From positions 10,354,001-10,418,000 of the forward strand of contig OX597838.1 in NCBI GenBank assembly GCA_951406725.2: a DNA stretch of 64,000 nucleotides. The letters run 5' to 3'. Made by a program: the position numbers and the translations under genes. The stretch comes from Octopus vulgaris. Taxonomy: Eukaryota. The notes under the pieces were generated by a model that was given only the letters and a program-made list of their open reading frames with translations, was not told the origin of the DNA and made no database searches. Shown here in pieces: positions 37,886 through 51,110 of this stretch (its first letter is position 1; the number at the start of each line of letters is the position of its first letter).

Positions 37886-38589
37886 TTAAGTAAAATAACT
37901 TTGTTATTTTTAAATTAGAAATTTTAATTGATGGTTTTAATTTAGCTGACTTTAAAACAGGAAGCTTGTTTCATAGACACAGGAATGGTTTTTGGAAGTT
38001 TGGTATCAACCGGGTTAAGACAAAAATGATAGAAAATTCTGGAAGTTAAACCATATACTGGAATATTTCTGTAGAAAATCATTGCCTGTTTCAATTGATT
38101 TTTGAAAATAAGGATGAACTCAGTAACAATAATTACCATTATTAAATTAGAGAAAGGCGGCAAGCTGGCAGAAACATTAGCACGTCAGGTGAAATGCTTA
38201 GCGGTATTTCGTCTGCCGTTACGTTCTGAGTTCAAATTCTGCCGAGATTGACTTTGCCTTTCATCCAGATTATGATGAACAATATCTCATAGAATCTGCT
38301 GCTAGAGAAAAAAAAATGTGGCTCAAGCCATACTAGTTCAGGTGAACAAACCATTTTATAATCTAAAATACTTTATGTCTCTCATAGTCAAAGCTTAAAA
38401 AGAGATTCTTTGTTGGCAGGTAAAACCAGATACCTTGATTCCTACCAAGCTTCCTGGCAACCATCCTTGTTATAAACTCTTTCCCCATCATCTTTAAGCC
38501 CTAACTCATCAATTTTATTGCCATCTCCACTTTTTTCAACATCATTGTCATCGTTGTTGTCGTCATTGTCATCATAAAATGATAATAAT

Positions 38590-39000
38590 AATAATGAAAT
38601 TATTGTATTCAGTGCTCAGGTGCACCACAACTTGTCAGAAAGTGCGTATAAAGTCTGGAAAGCGAACAATGTATGAGTCAGATACATGTTTGTGTGTGTA
38701 TGGAGGGGAGAAAATCAGGTGTAGTGTTGGCGAATCTCAGAAAGCATGGAAGTTTTGAAGGATGCTGTGCTCCGACAACTAACAACTGATGCCCGCAGTT
38801 TGTTCCATGCTTCAGCAACTCTCAGCGTGAAAAAATGTTTCCTAAAGTCATGGGAGCTGTGCTGTTTTCTGACTTTGTAAATATGTCCACGGGTGTTAGA
38901 CGGGTGGAGTTTGAAAAGGTGCTCAGAGTTATTGTTTGTAAGATGGTTAATAATTTTATGGGTGTCTGCCAAGTCAGCTGCCAGACGTCGGAGTTTCAAT
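38590..39000 (-). mobile_element. CR1-clade LINE 3' end (ORF2 C-terminus, 3' UTR, (ATT)n tail)
   Basis: LRRLAADL...HKIIN...NTRGH..K...RKHFFTLRVAEAWNKL...FK is the typical CR1 ORF2 terminus. Confidence 0.85.
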
Positions 39001-40395
39001 GTGTCATCATCATGTCTGCTGTCTGGTTAGTTCTCTGCCCCATCCACAGAAGCTTTCCATGTTGAGATATAAAAAAACCCCACTGAAATACCTCTTCTAC
39101 AATAAAAGGGGTAACTTGTAGTGTGCAGCTTCTAACATGTGTTGCTTTGCTGTGACAGAATTGTGACAAAATGTACCATGTATGTATGTATGTATTTTAT
39201 TGTGTGTTTTACGTATGTATTCTCATGTATATAGTAGCATATATAGACATCATCATCATCGTTTAGCGTCCACTTTCCATGCTGGCATGAGTTGGACGGT
39301 GCAACTGGGGTCTGGAATGCCAGAAGGCTGCACCAGGCCCAGTCTGATCTGGCAATGTTTCTACGGCTGGATGCCCTTCCTAATGCCAACCACTCCATGA
39401 ATGTAGTGGGTGCTTTTTAAGTGCCACCGGCACAGGTGCCAGACAAGGCTGGCAAATGGCCATGATCAGATGGTGCTTTTTATGTGCCACCAGCACGGAA
39501 GCCAGTCAGGGCTGCGCTATGCTCATATATATTTAAATGATAAACTTCTGGAAAGTTTTACAGATTTTTACAGTTCCAGTGATGGATTGGATCTGTAGTC
39601 TTCGAATTAGCTTTCTCCTTTCTGGTTATGAGAAGTCTAATTTCTCAAGATTGGTATTTAGGCAATGTGTAACATATACACCTCTGATTCTCCGTGAAAT
39701 GTTGATAGTGTTATTGAGGGAAGGAGTTTGCAGGAGTCCATCCTTCATATTTGTCATCATCATATTTCTGGTTTCATCTTTTTACCTTGTGTGTTGGGTT
39801 TCATTTATGTGTGTCCCGTGTCACAAATACTAAATGTGACCTCTCAGATTGTGAAAAAGAAGCATCAAAGGCGACATTCCTGACTCAGCAACAACTACGG
39901 CATCGGCTGAAGAAACGGTAATAATACTGTTATGATATGTGCTAAAAGATCACCTTGACATACTGAAGAAGCAAAATGCAAATATTCAAATAGTGTGGGA
40001 AAATAATATATAAAGCATAAAACAAAAAACGTCTCTTATCTGTTCAGAAGTGAATTTCTGATAAAAACAAAAAACAATTCTTTCAAAATAACAAAACATG
40101 TCATTCTCCATGGACAGGTTGTATAACATTGCTTGTAACAAATATTAGCAAAACATGAGGTTTGGGTTGACAGAGTAACAACTATCTGGGCAGTTGTTTA
40201 CATACCACGAAATATCACTGATATTTCAAGGGTGTAGGATGGTGTCATAATTTCGATATATGAATCTTGTTTGACAAATTCAGATTGAAACACAAAAATG
40301 CATATCCACCTAGTGTCATATCCATACGCATTGTAGAAACCCAAGATCATGTATGTACATGTGTGTGTGTGTGCGTGTGTGTGTGTGTACCCATA

Positions 40396-40442
<47 letters not shown>

Positions 40443-41219
40443 CACATATATGTACATACAGACTCATATATATATACATATACACTCATATAAATGAAAA
40501 TACACACATATATAAAATATGCATAACATATCATCATCATCATCATCATTATCGTTTAGCATCCATTTTCTGTGCTAGCACAGGTTGGACGGTTCGACCG
40601 GGGTCTGGGAAGCCAGGTCGGCTGCACAAGGCTCCAGTCTTATCTGGCAGTGTTTCTACAGCTGGATGCCCTTCCTAACGCCAACATATATATATATAAT
40701 TATCTATGTATATATACATTTATGATTATCTATATATATGTATATACACACACACACACAGACATAATATGTATTCTCATGTCCATGGTGAATGATAAGA
40801 ATTAAAATGATGGCTTGCATAATTATTCATAATATGTTCCATCATATTTAAACATTGTGTTTCCTCATAGCAAGAACATCAGCCAGGGGAATTCTTCTGG
40901 CCAATGTCGAAGAACTGGCTGTACCATAATCTCTTGTGCCAATGAATCAAGTCCATTATGAACACATATTCATTGTAAAAGAGAAGTTGTTCTTTATAAA
41001 AGGGTGCCAGTCCATATTACAGTGATCTTTATAAAAGGGTACCAGTCCATATTTAGTGTACAAATTTGTATTAAATTATTGTGTATTAATTGAAACGGTT
41101 GTAAGAAGCAAACATAACCAATTTGTTAATAGTAATAATTGTTAACTTCCTTCTCTCCATTTTCTTTTCTTCTTTTATATATATATATATATGTATAAAC
41201 ACCATTTGAGTGTGGCTGT

Positions 41220-41682
41220 TGCCAGTACTGCCAGACTGGCCCTCGTGCCGGTGGCACGTAAAAGCACCCACTACACTCTTGGAGTGGTTGGCATTAGGAA
41301 GGGCATCCAGCTGTAGAAACTCTGCGAGATCAGATTGGAGCCTGGTGCAGCCATCTGGCTTGCCAGTCCGCAGTCAAATCGTCCAACCCATGCTAGCATG
41401 GAAAGCGGACGTTAAATGATGATGATGATGATATATATCATCATCATCATCGTTTAACGTCCGTTTTCCGTGCTAGCACGGGTTGGACGGTTCATCCGGG
41501 GTCTGGGAAGCCAGGAGGCTGCACCAGGCTCCAGTCTGATCTGGCAGTGTTTCTACACCTGGATGCCCTTCTTAATGCCAACCACTCCAAGAGTGTAGTG
41601 AGTGCTTTTTACGTGCCAGGGGAGTCTGGCAGCGGCCATGATCGGTTGGTGCTTTTTATGTGCCAGCGGCACAGAAGCCAGT
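41220..41682. mobile_element. Tail-to-tail inverted pair of (ATG)n-tailed retroposons
   Basis: Plus copy ends (GAT)n at ~41431; minus copy begins (CAT)n at ~41438. Confidence 0.8.
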
Positions 41683-42311
41683 CAATATATATATATATAC
41701 GATGGGCTTCTTTCAGTTTCCATCTACCAAATCCACTCACAAGGCTTTGGTTAACCTGAGTCTATTATAGAAGACACTTGCCCAAGGTGCCATGCAATGG
41801 GACTGAACCCAGAACCATGTAGTTGGGAAGCAAACTTCTTACCATTCATCCATGCCTGCGCCCATAGTTAGTTCTACTAACATAATTTTCCTTTCCACAT
41901 GGATAAAAGGCAATGTTACAAAGGCAGGATTTGAACTCAGTGTGTAGAGAATGCTGCAAGGCTTTCCTACCCACTGTTCAAACAACTGCCAACATAAACA
42001 ATCATATTTACAACTAAAAACGAAAACAGTTTCTTCTTTATTATTCTTTCAGATTTCAACATTATACCTCTAAATTGTAAGTATTGTATGTCTTTCTGTG
42101 TATGGCTTATAAGGTGTCCATATCTCTGAATAATTATTTTTAGGAACAGGTTTTCCTTCTGCTCCCATTTCCTCTACTTATCTCCCCAATCCCTCCCACT
42201 TTGCCTTCATGTTGTTTGTTTATGCCTTTGTTTAAGCACCTAGCTCCTTCTACCTTCTCTCCCCAATCCTTAATTTCCTCCTCCTCTTCATCCTCCTTCT
42301 CCTACATTCAA

Positions 42312-43091
42312 CTCTTGCTTTCCAACCTTAACTTTCAAGCTTCTTACACCACCCCTCTTTTCACCCCTTCTCTCTCTCTCTCTCTCTCTCTGCATTCTCC
42401 TCTCTCCTTCCCTCATTCCTCCTCAACTCTCACATCACTCCTTCAAACTCAGAATTTTTTTCTCATTTACATTTATTTCCCTCCATCCCAAAGGACAACA
42501 TCGTTTTGCTTTTCCCTTTTGTTATTTTCCAGCAAAGAGCAAGGCTTGAATCTTAGATTCTACATTCCTCAGAGCAGATGCAATTATTGAACTCTCTTAC
42601 TCAACTCATTACTTTTTCTAAGGCTTGTTCTGGAGGAAGGGGTCATGCCTCAGACCTTCCAAGGCAAGTGAAACTGACACAGGTAATGTTTTCCCTTGAA
42701 CTGTTGAACAAAATGAGTTATATAAAAACCATCCACAACAGCGGTGGTGCCCCAGCATGGCTGCAGCCTTCGGGCTACAACATTTTTAAGGATTTAAGGA
42801 GCAAGGTTCAGTACTTAATCTAGTAAGATGGCTTTGTGGCCCTGAAAGCTGTGCCAGAAGAGTACATATTCATGGTAGGGCCTCCTATACTGGACAGGTC
42901 AAAAGACGGAGGCCAGAGAATATGAACCACCTCTTTCCAAAGGCAAAAATGGGTTTGCATAGGGCCAGTGCCTCTTGCTTTCTAACCTAAACTTCCAAGC
43001 TTCGCATATCACCTCTCTCTCTCTCTCTCCGCATTCTCCTCTCACCTTCCCTCATTCTTCCTCAACTCTCATATCACTCCTTCAACTTCAG
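42312..43091 (+). repeat. Direct duplication of a ~120-140 bp pyrimidine-rich segment (42312-42452 and 42972-43091)
   Basis: CTCTTGCTTTC.AACCT.AACTT.CAAGCTTC...GCATTCTCCTCTC.CCTTCCCTCATTC..CCTCAACTCTCA.ATCACTCCTTCAA occurs twice. Confidence 0.85.
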
Positions 43092-43159
43092 TTCTCTTCT
43101 CATCATCATCATCATCATCATCATGGTCGTCATCATTTTACTTGCCTCCATCCCACACA

Positions 43160-43610
43160 ATAACATCATGAAGAAGAAAAACAACCGAAGTTACAGAAGC
43201 ATTGAAGATGGTTCAAAACCAGCAAGACTTGGGAGTGCAAGGCCTTCCCTCGGGGAAACATACGATATGATACAGCAAAATCTGAGGGGATCCTGCAAGG
43301 CTGACTCCCTTTCTGACCACCGGGTGAAATATCAAAATTGCAACATGGACAGTTAAGAAATGAAGGGCTGTGGGAGAAAAGTAGGTGGTGCAGGAGCTAG
43401 TGGAGGAACAGACCTGGAAGTGTATGTGGAGACGGAATAAGGTACACTGTGAGGAAACCAAAGAGAGATTGGACGAGAGGAGACCCTAAAAATAGCTGGA
43501 GATGGGATACTGAGTTGAAAAAAGTGGGGATGCAATTGGAGAGAAACAGTCAAGAGCCCAGAGTTGAAAAGGGTGGAGAAGGGTCATTGAAGGAGTTTTG
43601 GTTCATAAGG
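43160..43610 (+). mobile_element. Decayed RTE-type LINE 3' fragment
   Basis: KPKRDWTRGDPKNSWRWDTELKKVG resembles RTE NPxGxRxRGRPKxTWRR; followed by (GGT)n/(GAT)n. Confidence 0.5.
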
Positions 43611-44127
43611 AGTAATGATGGTAGTGCTTGTGGTGGTGGTGGTGGCGGTGATGACAATGATGATGATGATGATGACAGCGGTAACCATGACAATGCCACC
43701 ACCACCGCTGCAGCAGATGTGTGGTGGTGGTGGTAGTGGTGGTGGTGGTGGTGGTGGTGGTGGTGGTTGTGGTGGTGGTGGTTGTGGTAGTGGTGGTGGT
43801 AGTGGTGGTGGCACGGCAGCAGTGCTGATGATGATGATGACGATGATGACAACAACAACGATGATGACAATGATGATGACGATGATGATGATAACGGTGG
43901 TGGTGGTGGAGATGATAATAATAACAATGATGATGATGACGACAATGACGATGATGATGATGATGATGATGATGTCAATGATGATGACCTGAGCTGGTAA
44001 ATGGCTGTATTATCATTGTATGCCATTAGGTTGCCAACTATTTGTACTGACATGCCTTAGTGAAGGAATTTCATTTATTCACAATATTTGTGAACTGTTC
44101 ATATAACTCTAAGCTGATATGATATGC

Positions 44128-44164
<37 letters not shown>

Positions 44165-45104
44165 CATTATTTTAGCACACTGGGCAAAATGCTTAGCGGT
44201 ATTTCATCTATCTTTATGTTCTGAGTTCAAATTCCACTAGGGTCGACTTTGCCTTTTGTCCTTTTGGGGGTCAATAAAATAAGTACCAGTTGAGCACTGG
44301 GAGTTGATGTGATCGTCTTACAATCTCTCTGAAATTGCTGGCCTTGTGCCAAAATTTGAAACCATTATTATTATTATTATTATTATTATTGAGTGAGAGA
44401 GCAGTTCATGCCATCAAAGTGACACTGGGGTAAAATATACGAAGCCCAATATACCCATCATGACTAATGACTACCCGTCTGATAAGGGTACACCAGGCAC
44501 ATGCATCACAACCATATGTGCGTGACATGGTGATCTCATATCAAGGTAAACAGCGTATGACCTTGCAGGTGGGGCCCAGTTAGAATTTTCTTCAGGTCGA
44601 GTAGCCCATCCCGCTCAAAAGGTCCCTGAATAAGGGTTGTTTAAGGATGTTGAAAGAACCACCTATGTTTCCAGAGGTGAATTATTCAAACCCCAAAGAA
44701 TCCCTCTCAACACATGGCTATGATGCTCCCCCACTACTTCTGCTCGTGATCAGAGATGCACATATCGTCAGCCACTAGAGGACATGCTCAACTGGTTACG
44801 GTCAAACAACTGACAAGCAATTCTGTGGTATTGAGCAGAATATTTGCTGTAGCCCATCTTTTATATTATCTTTTATTATTATTATTATTATTATTTGAGT
44901 TACTGAATATGTCATTTCATAATAAATAGCAGTAAAGATAATAATCAAAACATTTTTTACAACAATAAAAATAACAACTCACAAGACAGTGGAATGCTGC
45001 TAACAACTATATTTTAAACCAACAAGTGGGCCTCTGCATGGGCTGCTTGATCTGTTAGAAACAATAGTGAAATCTCCCTCAAATCAAAAAAAAAATTTCA
45101 CAAC

Positions 45105-45266
45105 AGGAGTGGCTGTGTGGTAAGTAGCTTGTTTACCAACCACATGGTTCCGGGTTCAGTCCCACTGTGTGGCATCTTGGGCAAGTGTCTTCTACTATAG
45201 CCTCGGGCCAACCAAAGCCTTGTGAGTGGATTTGGTAGACGGAAACTGAAAGAAGCCCGTCGTATA

Positions 45267-45312
<46 letters not shown>

Positions 45313-45525
45313 TGTGTGTGTTTGTGTGTCTGTGTTTGTCCCTCTAGCATTGCTTGACAACCGATGTTGGTGTGTTTATGTCCCCGTTACTTAGCGGTTT
45401 GGTAAAAAGAGACCGATAGAATAAGTACTGGGCTTACAAAAAGAATAAGTCCCGGGGTCGAGTTGCTCGATTAAAGGCGGTGCTCCAGCATGGCCGCAGT
45501 CTAATGACTGAAACAAGTAAAGGTT
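45105..45525 (+). mobile_element. tRNA-derived SINE, family A
   Basis: Head, (TA)n middle and tail. Confidence 0.88.
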
Positions 45526-45849
45526 AAAATAAAAGATAAAGAAAACAAAAAGCTTAACAAATGAGAAAAGTCATTTCTGTTTTTGTTTTTTTTCTCTTTT
45601 ATCATACAACACAATATTTGAAATATGTGTGGGAGTGATTATCTCTGCTTTTATCACAGAACCACCACACAAAATCTGGTTATTTACCGTATTGGGAACA
45701 TTAGACAACTGTTACTGGCTCTGATAACAAACATTTGGATTTCGTTTTGCTTCTACTCGCAATGTTTCCAGCATTGCTTTTAGTGATTATTGTGGTGTTG
45801 GTGGTTAACTTACATGACTGGGGGAGGAGAATGTAGTCTCTACGGTAGG

Positions 45850-46556
45850 GATGCTGGTGGTGGTGGTGGTGGTGGTGGTGGTGATGGTGAGAGCTGTGGT
45901 ACCAGTTGTGCTACGGGTTGATGTTGTTGTGGTGTTGAAGAAGTTGTGTTGGAGATTAATGTCGTTGTAGTGGTGGTGGTGGTGGGCATGGGTGGTAGTT
46001 GTTACTGCACTAGTTGTGCTGGAGATTGTTGTTGTTGTGGTTGCAGTGGTACTAAAGGCGATGGCGGTGGTTGTGGTGGCTGTTATTTTAGTGTTAGAGA
46101 TTGTTCTTGTTTTCATGGAGGTGGTGGTGTCAGTGGGAGCAGCAGTGGTGGTGGAGGCAGCAACAGTGGTGATGATGGAAGCAGTGATAGTGGTGGTGGT
46201 GGTGGAGGTGGTAGTAGTGGTGGTGGTGGTGGTGGCAGTGGTGATGGAGGTGGTGGTAGTGGTGGTGGAGGTGGTAGTAGTGGTGGTGGTGGTGGTGGTG
46301 GTGATGGCGGTGGTGATGGAGGTGGTGGTAGTGGTGGTGGTGGTGGTAGTAGTGGTGGTGGTGGTGGTGGTGGTGATGGCGGTGGTGATGGAGGTGGTGG
46401 TAGTGGTGGTGGTGGTGGTGGTGGTGGTGGTGGCAGTGGTGGTGGTGGTAGTAGTGGTGGTAGTAGTAGTGGTTGTGGTGGTGGCAGCAGTGGCGGTGGT
46501 GGTGGTGGTAGTGGTGGTGATGGAGGTGGCGATGGAGGTGGTAGTAGTGGTGGTGA
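45850..46556. repeat. Degenerate (GGT)n tract
   Basis: Visible directly; a smaller (GGT)/(GAT) tract lies at 43620-43990. Confidence 0.92.
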
Positions 46557-47219
46557 CCAAAGAAAAGTTGGAACACAAAAAGCTGAAGACTGAGAATGGT
46601 GAGATTGAAACAGACAGTATAGAGATAAGCACAAACATAGACAGATAAGAGAGAGAGAGAGAGTGACAGACAGACAGACAGAGACAGACAGACAGAGGTA
46701 GAGGTCGAGAAAGCTTGAGCATTAGAAAGGGAGAGTAGATGCTGATGGATAGACAAAGAAGATATGTGTGTATAGATTCACTTATATACATATCAACTTA
46801 CCTTCATACTTAGAGATATACTAGTATACCCGTGTCATAAAAAGGACAACAGATTTATTTATTGATTACAGAGAATGGCACATCCATTCAAAACATAGGT
46901 GGGATCATGGAGAAATTTCTTAATTTACCTAAAGGCTTTTCATTTTGTATTCAACAGTAAAGTATTAGCTATAATTTGTATTTATGACTGTATATGTGGT
47001 CCAATGGTATGTAAGCAGACAGTTTGAATGTGCTGAGTAAGAGGAATATGCAAAGGTAATCATAAGAAGGAATCATTTAGTAGAAAGAATGGTATTAGTA
47101 AGTTGCTAGTGTGGCCAAGCTTTACTTTAAGATTAATAATAATTACGGATAATCATAGGAGATTACATAGACTTAACAAAATGAGCAAATGATGAATAGT
47201 TCCTGTGTTTGCAAGAGAG

Positions 47220-47560
47220 TATTACACTTCTCAGTCCAACATGCGTGCATCAAGGTCCAGGTTGTATCCCAGGCCAGTGTCTGTGATCAAGTTGTTGATG
47301 TAAGTGTGTTTTCCTCCATGAAGTGGGGTTCAACAAGGCTAATACCTATGCCCTCAGTTCAGGGTGATGCATGTAATGACCAGATAGTTGCAGTTGCCAT
47401 TGCCTGATCTTCTTGCTAACATTCGGCAGGTCTTCATAAAGGCATTTGTTTGTTGTATGTTGTTGTCATTTCACATTTAGGGTCATTTGTTTCACCCTTG
47501 TGTAGTAGCCATCTCAACCCATTGTCAGTGTCCATGTTTCACTGCTCTATAACAGCACTG
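47220..47560 (-). mobile_element. Decayed RTE-type LINE RT C-terminus
   Basis: Minus-strand KIRQWQLQLSGHYMHHPEL... and TYINNLITDTGL match RTE-type C-termini (LxLAGHCxRHPEL ... TYxxxLxxDTGL). Confidence 0.55.
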
Positions 47561-47719
47561 ATTGATTAGACAGTTGCAATGGACAGCTTGATATTGATGT
47601 AAATGATGATGATGATGATGAGGAGGAGGAGGAGGATGAGGAGGATGGTGGTGGTGATGATAATGAAGAATTTCTATACTTATTGTGGTGCTATGAAGGA
47701 ATAACACAAATGCCCACAT

Positions 47720-47786
<67 letters not shown>

Positions 47787-48182
47787 AACAAACAGAGTGA
47801 TGGTGGTGGGGCAGAAATATAAAAATTCAAAACAGTGATTAAGGCATGTTTAAACATTTTGATATGCAAAAACAAATACACAAAACAACCAGTTGATAAA
47901 TAAATACAGAAATTTATTAAATACCTTCTCTTCTATTCTAGCAAGCAACTGCAGCTGAGATTGCTTCACCATTCCACATCAGGAATCGCTGTCCACTCCT
48001 CCACCCACCCTCATAAGATTTTAGATTCCCAATTTCAGATTGTGGGTCTGTCAAAAGCATCAATGCAGCGGAGTGGTCTTTTCCCTCTAACTAGGGTGAG
48101 AAAGTTTCCAGAATATAACATCCAGTATGGACACGGGATGGTTTTTAACATGATAGTAGTGGCCAGCAAAGTGTACCCCATA

Positions 48183-48583
48183 TACTCTTTACTCTTTTAC
48201 TTGTTTCAGTCAGTTGACTGCGGCCATGCTGGAGCACCGCCTTTAGTCGAGCAAATCGACCCCGGGACTTATTCTTTGTAAGCCCAGTACTTATTCTATC
48301 GGTCTCTTTTTGCCGAACCGCTAAGTGACAGGGACGTAAACACACCAGCATCAGTTGTCAAGCAATGCTAGGGGGACAAACACACACACACAAACATATA
48401 TATATATATATATATACATATATACGACAGGCTTCTTTCAGTTTCCGTCTACCAAATCCACTCACAAGGCATTGGTTGGCCCGGGGCTATAGTAGAAGAC
48501 ACTTGCCCAAGATGCCATGCAGTGGGACTGAACCCGGAACCATGTGGTTGGTTAGCAAGCTACTTACCACACAGCCACTCCTG
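48183..48583 (-). mobile_element. tRNA-derived SINE, family A
   Basis: Reverse complement of family A. Further diverged copies lie near 600-800, 1316-1615, 5250-5400, 8060-8230, 8590-8880, 13100-13900, 24260-24540, 41700-41860, 52800-53135 and 54135-54290. Confidence 0.85.
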
Positions 48584-49163
48584 TATGTATATATATATAT
48601 ATAATCATCATCATTTAATGACTGTTGTCCATGATGGCATGGTTTGGACAGTTCGACCGGGCTGGCAAGCTGGAAGGCTGCACCAGACTCCAGTCTGATT
48701 TGGCATGGTTTTCTATAGCTGGATGCCCTTCCTAATGCCAATCACTCTGAGAAAGTAATGGGTGCTTTTACGTGTCACCGGCATGAGTGCCATTTGCATG
48801 ACACCAGGGTGCTTTTACGTGCCATGGTATGAGTGCCATTTGCATGACACTGGTATCCACCACAACCGCAATTTTGCTCAGCTTGATGAGTCTTCTACTC
48901 AAGCAAGACTTAATGCATTTTAATTACAGCTACAACTCATTTTGGCTTGCTGAGTGAACTGGGGCAAGATAAACCTTCAAGTGGTTGGAAGAAATGAAAA
49001 AAGATCCTATATAGGGGCAGGAAAATCTTTTTAGTCACTATAGTTGTTATTCCAGTCCTAACAGTGGCCTAAATATCTATCTATCTATCTAACTAGCTCT
49101 CTATAAATCTGCTTTATGGACATGAAATCCAGGGTAATCCCACAAACCAGCCTTATCTGTATT

Positions 49164-49211
<48 letters not shown>

Positions 49212-49621
49212 CATGCACAGACACACATATAATTTGTAAAATATAACTATCCTCTCTATTGTACATATCATTGATACCATAACATTATCTGATGTCCATT
49301 AGAAATCTTACATTATTATATAATCTCTGATGAACTGATAATGTAATCTACTTTAAAAGTTTTTCCTTATTCAAACAGATACAATAGCTGTTATTGTTAA
49401 TGAAATATGTGTAAGATAAAATAACTAAATAACATGAATAAACTCTCCAGCTACCTTATTTCTTTTATATGTGTAGCCTGTTATCTTTCAAACAATGGAG
49501 AGTAGTGAAAGGAAATTTGAACTATTATAGACAAGTGCTCTTTGCTGCATTTTCTTTTGATAAATACAGAAACATATGAAGTTTGAAGTTTTAAATATAT
49601 TCACTTTAACCTCCACCCGCT

Positions 49622-51110
49622 ATTGCTGCGATGGTTGTTGGGATGGTTTCTGTCTACCAAATTCACTCACAAAGCTTCAGTTGGCCTGAGGCAATAGTAG
49701 AAGACACTTGCCCAAGGTGCCACGCAGTGGGAATAAATCTAGAATCATGTGGTCGAGAAGCAAGCTTTTTTACCACACACCCACACCTGATATTTCTATA
49801 TATTAATATGTGTATGTATGTATATGACTAATGCCACGCATCCATTTCCAAGTAAGTTTATCCTAATCTTTTTGATGCGACTCTACTTTTCTCTAATTCC
49901 CTTTTTCTCCCCATTCACTGTTTTCTCTCTCTCTCTCCCTCTTTCTCTTTTTCTCTCTCTTGTTGCTCACACATAACCATCATCCATCTTTCTTTTCCTC
50001 ACATGATCATCTTTCCCTTCCTTAAGGAATGTCTTAAGGACTGGACGTATTCTATCTCTCTCTTCTATCTTTTATCTTTTCAAAGAAAACATTTCTCCAG
50101 CGTTTGCTATTCTACCCTCGTTCTGGTCAAATGACCCTCCATAAATCCCAAATTTTATTTTGGTACTTATGGGAGCAACTGTTGTCAAAGACTCATATTG
50201 TCGTTCAGTGCTCGAAATGAAGAGCAGATAGACAGCCAACGACTGATGAAGGGTTGTTCTTTATGTTACTTGTCCTGTTTTCCATTTGTTTCTCTCATTG
50301 TTTGTGTATTGAACTCATTGGTTTTTGTATTTCATGTTGTTTACTGTTGGTGACGTCCTGTACCCATATATGCATGTGTGTATGTATGTGTGTATATATA
50401 TATATACATATATACATGTAAATGCAAAGCAATTACGTAAGTCCTTTCTGGTACTTAAACCCCTCTCTTCTGACATTTAACATTGTGAAACCATTGTTGT
50501 TCCATGAAATCAGATACAGAAGTTTCAATTTACAGCTAATAATGTTATCTCAGTGTTTGCCCAAATAAAGTGAATTATTTCAGATGTTGTTAAAAATTAC
50601 TTATCTATGCTTAATAATCAAAGATATTACAGTTATACGTAACTAACGATCAAAGGTATTTATCTTACTTACTCACATTAAAGTACCTATTTAAAGTCTA
50701 ATCATACAAAAGTGCATATTTGAAATTTATCACCTGAAAATACTTATCTAAAACATTCCAGTTCTTGGCAGCTGAACTTAACTACCAATTCCTGAGCACG
50801 TTTATTGTCTAATAAGAATTTAGTGCACAACACCATTGCTCACGAGTTGATACCATAACATATGGTGAAACAAAACATTGGGTCTTGGCATAAGACATTG
50901 GTTTCAAATTCTGACACAAGGCCAGCAATTATAAATAAATAAACTTACTTGGAAATGGATGCATGGCATTAGTCATATACATACAGACACATATTGATAT
51001 ATAGAAATATCAGGTGTTGGGCAAGTGTCTTCTACTATAGCCTCAGGCCAACCAAAGCCTTGTGAGTGAATTTGGTAGACAGAAACCATCCCAACAACCT
51101 TCGCAGCAAT
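49622..51110. repeat. Inverted duplication, arms 49622-49861 and 50939-51110
   Basis: Both arms carry a SINE-A piece plus the same non-SINE flanks (ATTGCTGCGA.GGTTGTTGGGATGG and ...TCCATTTCCAAGTAAGTTTAT). Confidence 0.88.

Noticed and set aside
45805-46791. Mucin-like Thr-rich ORF (and 36445-37209)
   Set aside because: Open in several frames on both strands because (ACC)n lacks stops; no signal peptide or clear acceptor, though a gtaagt lies at the 3' end.
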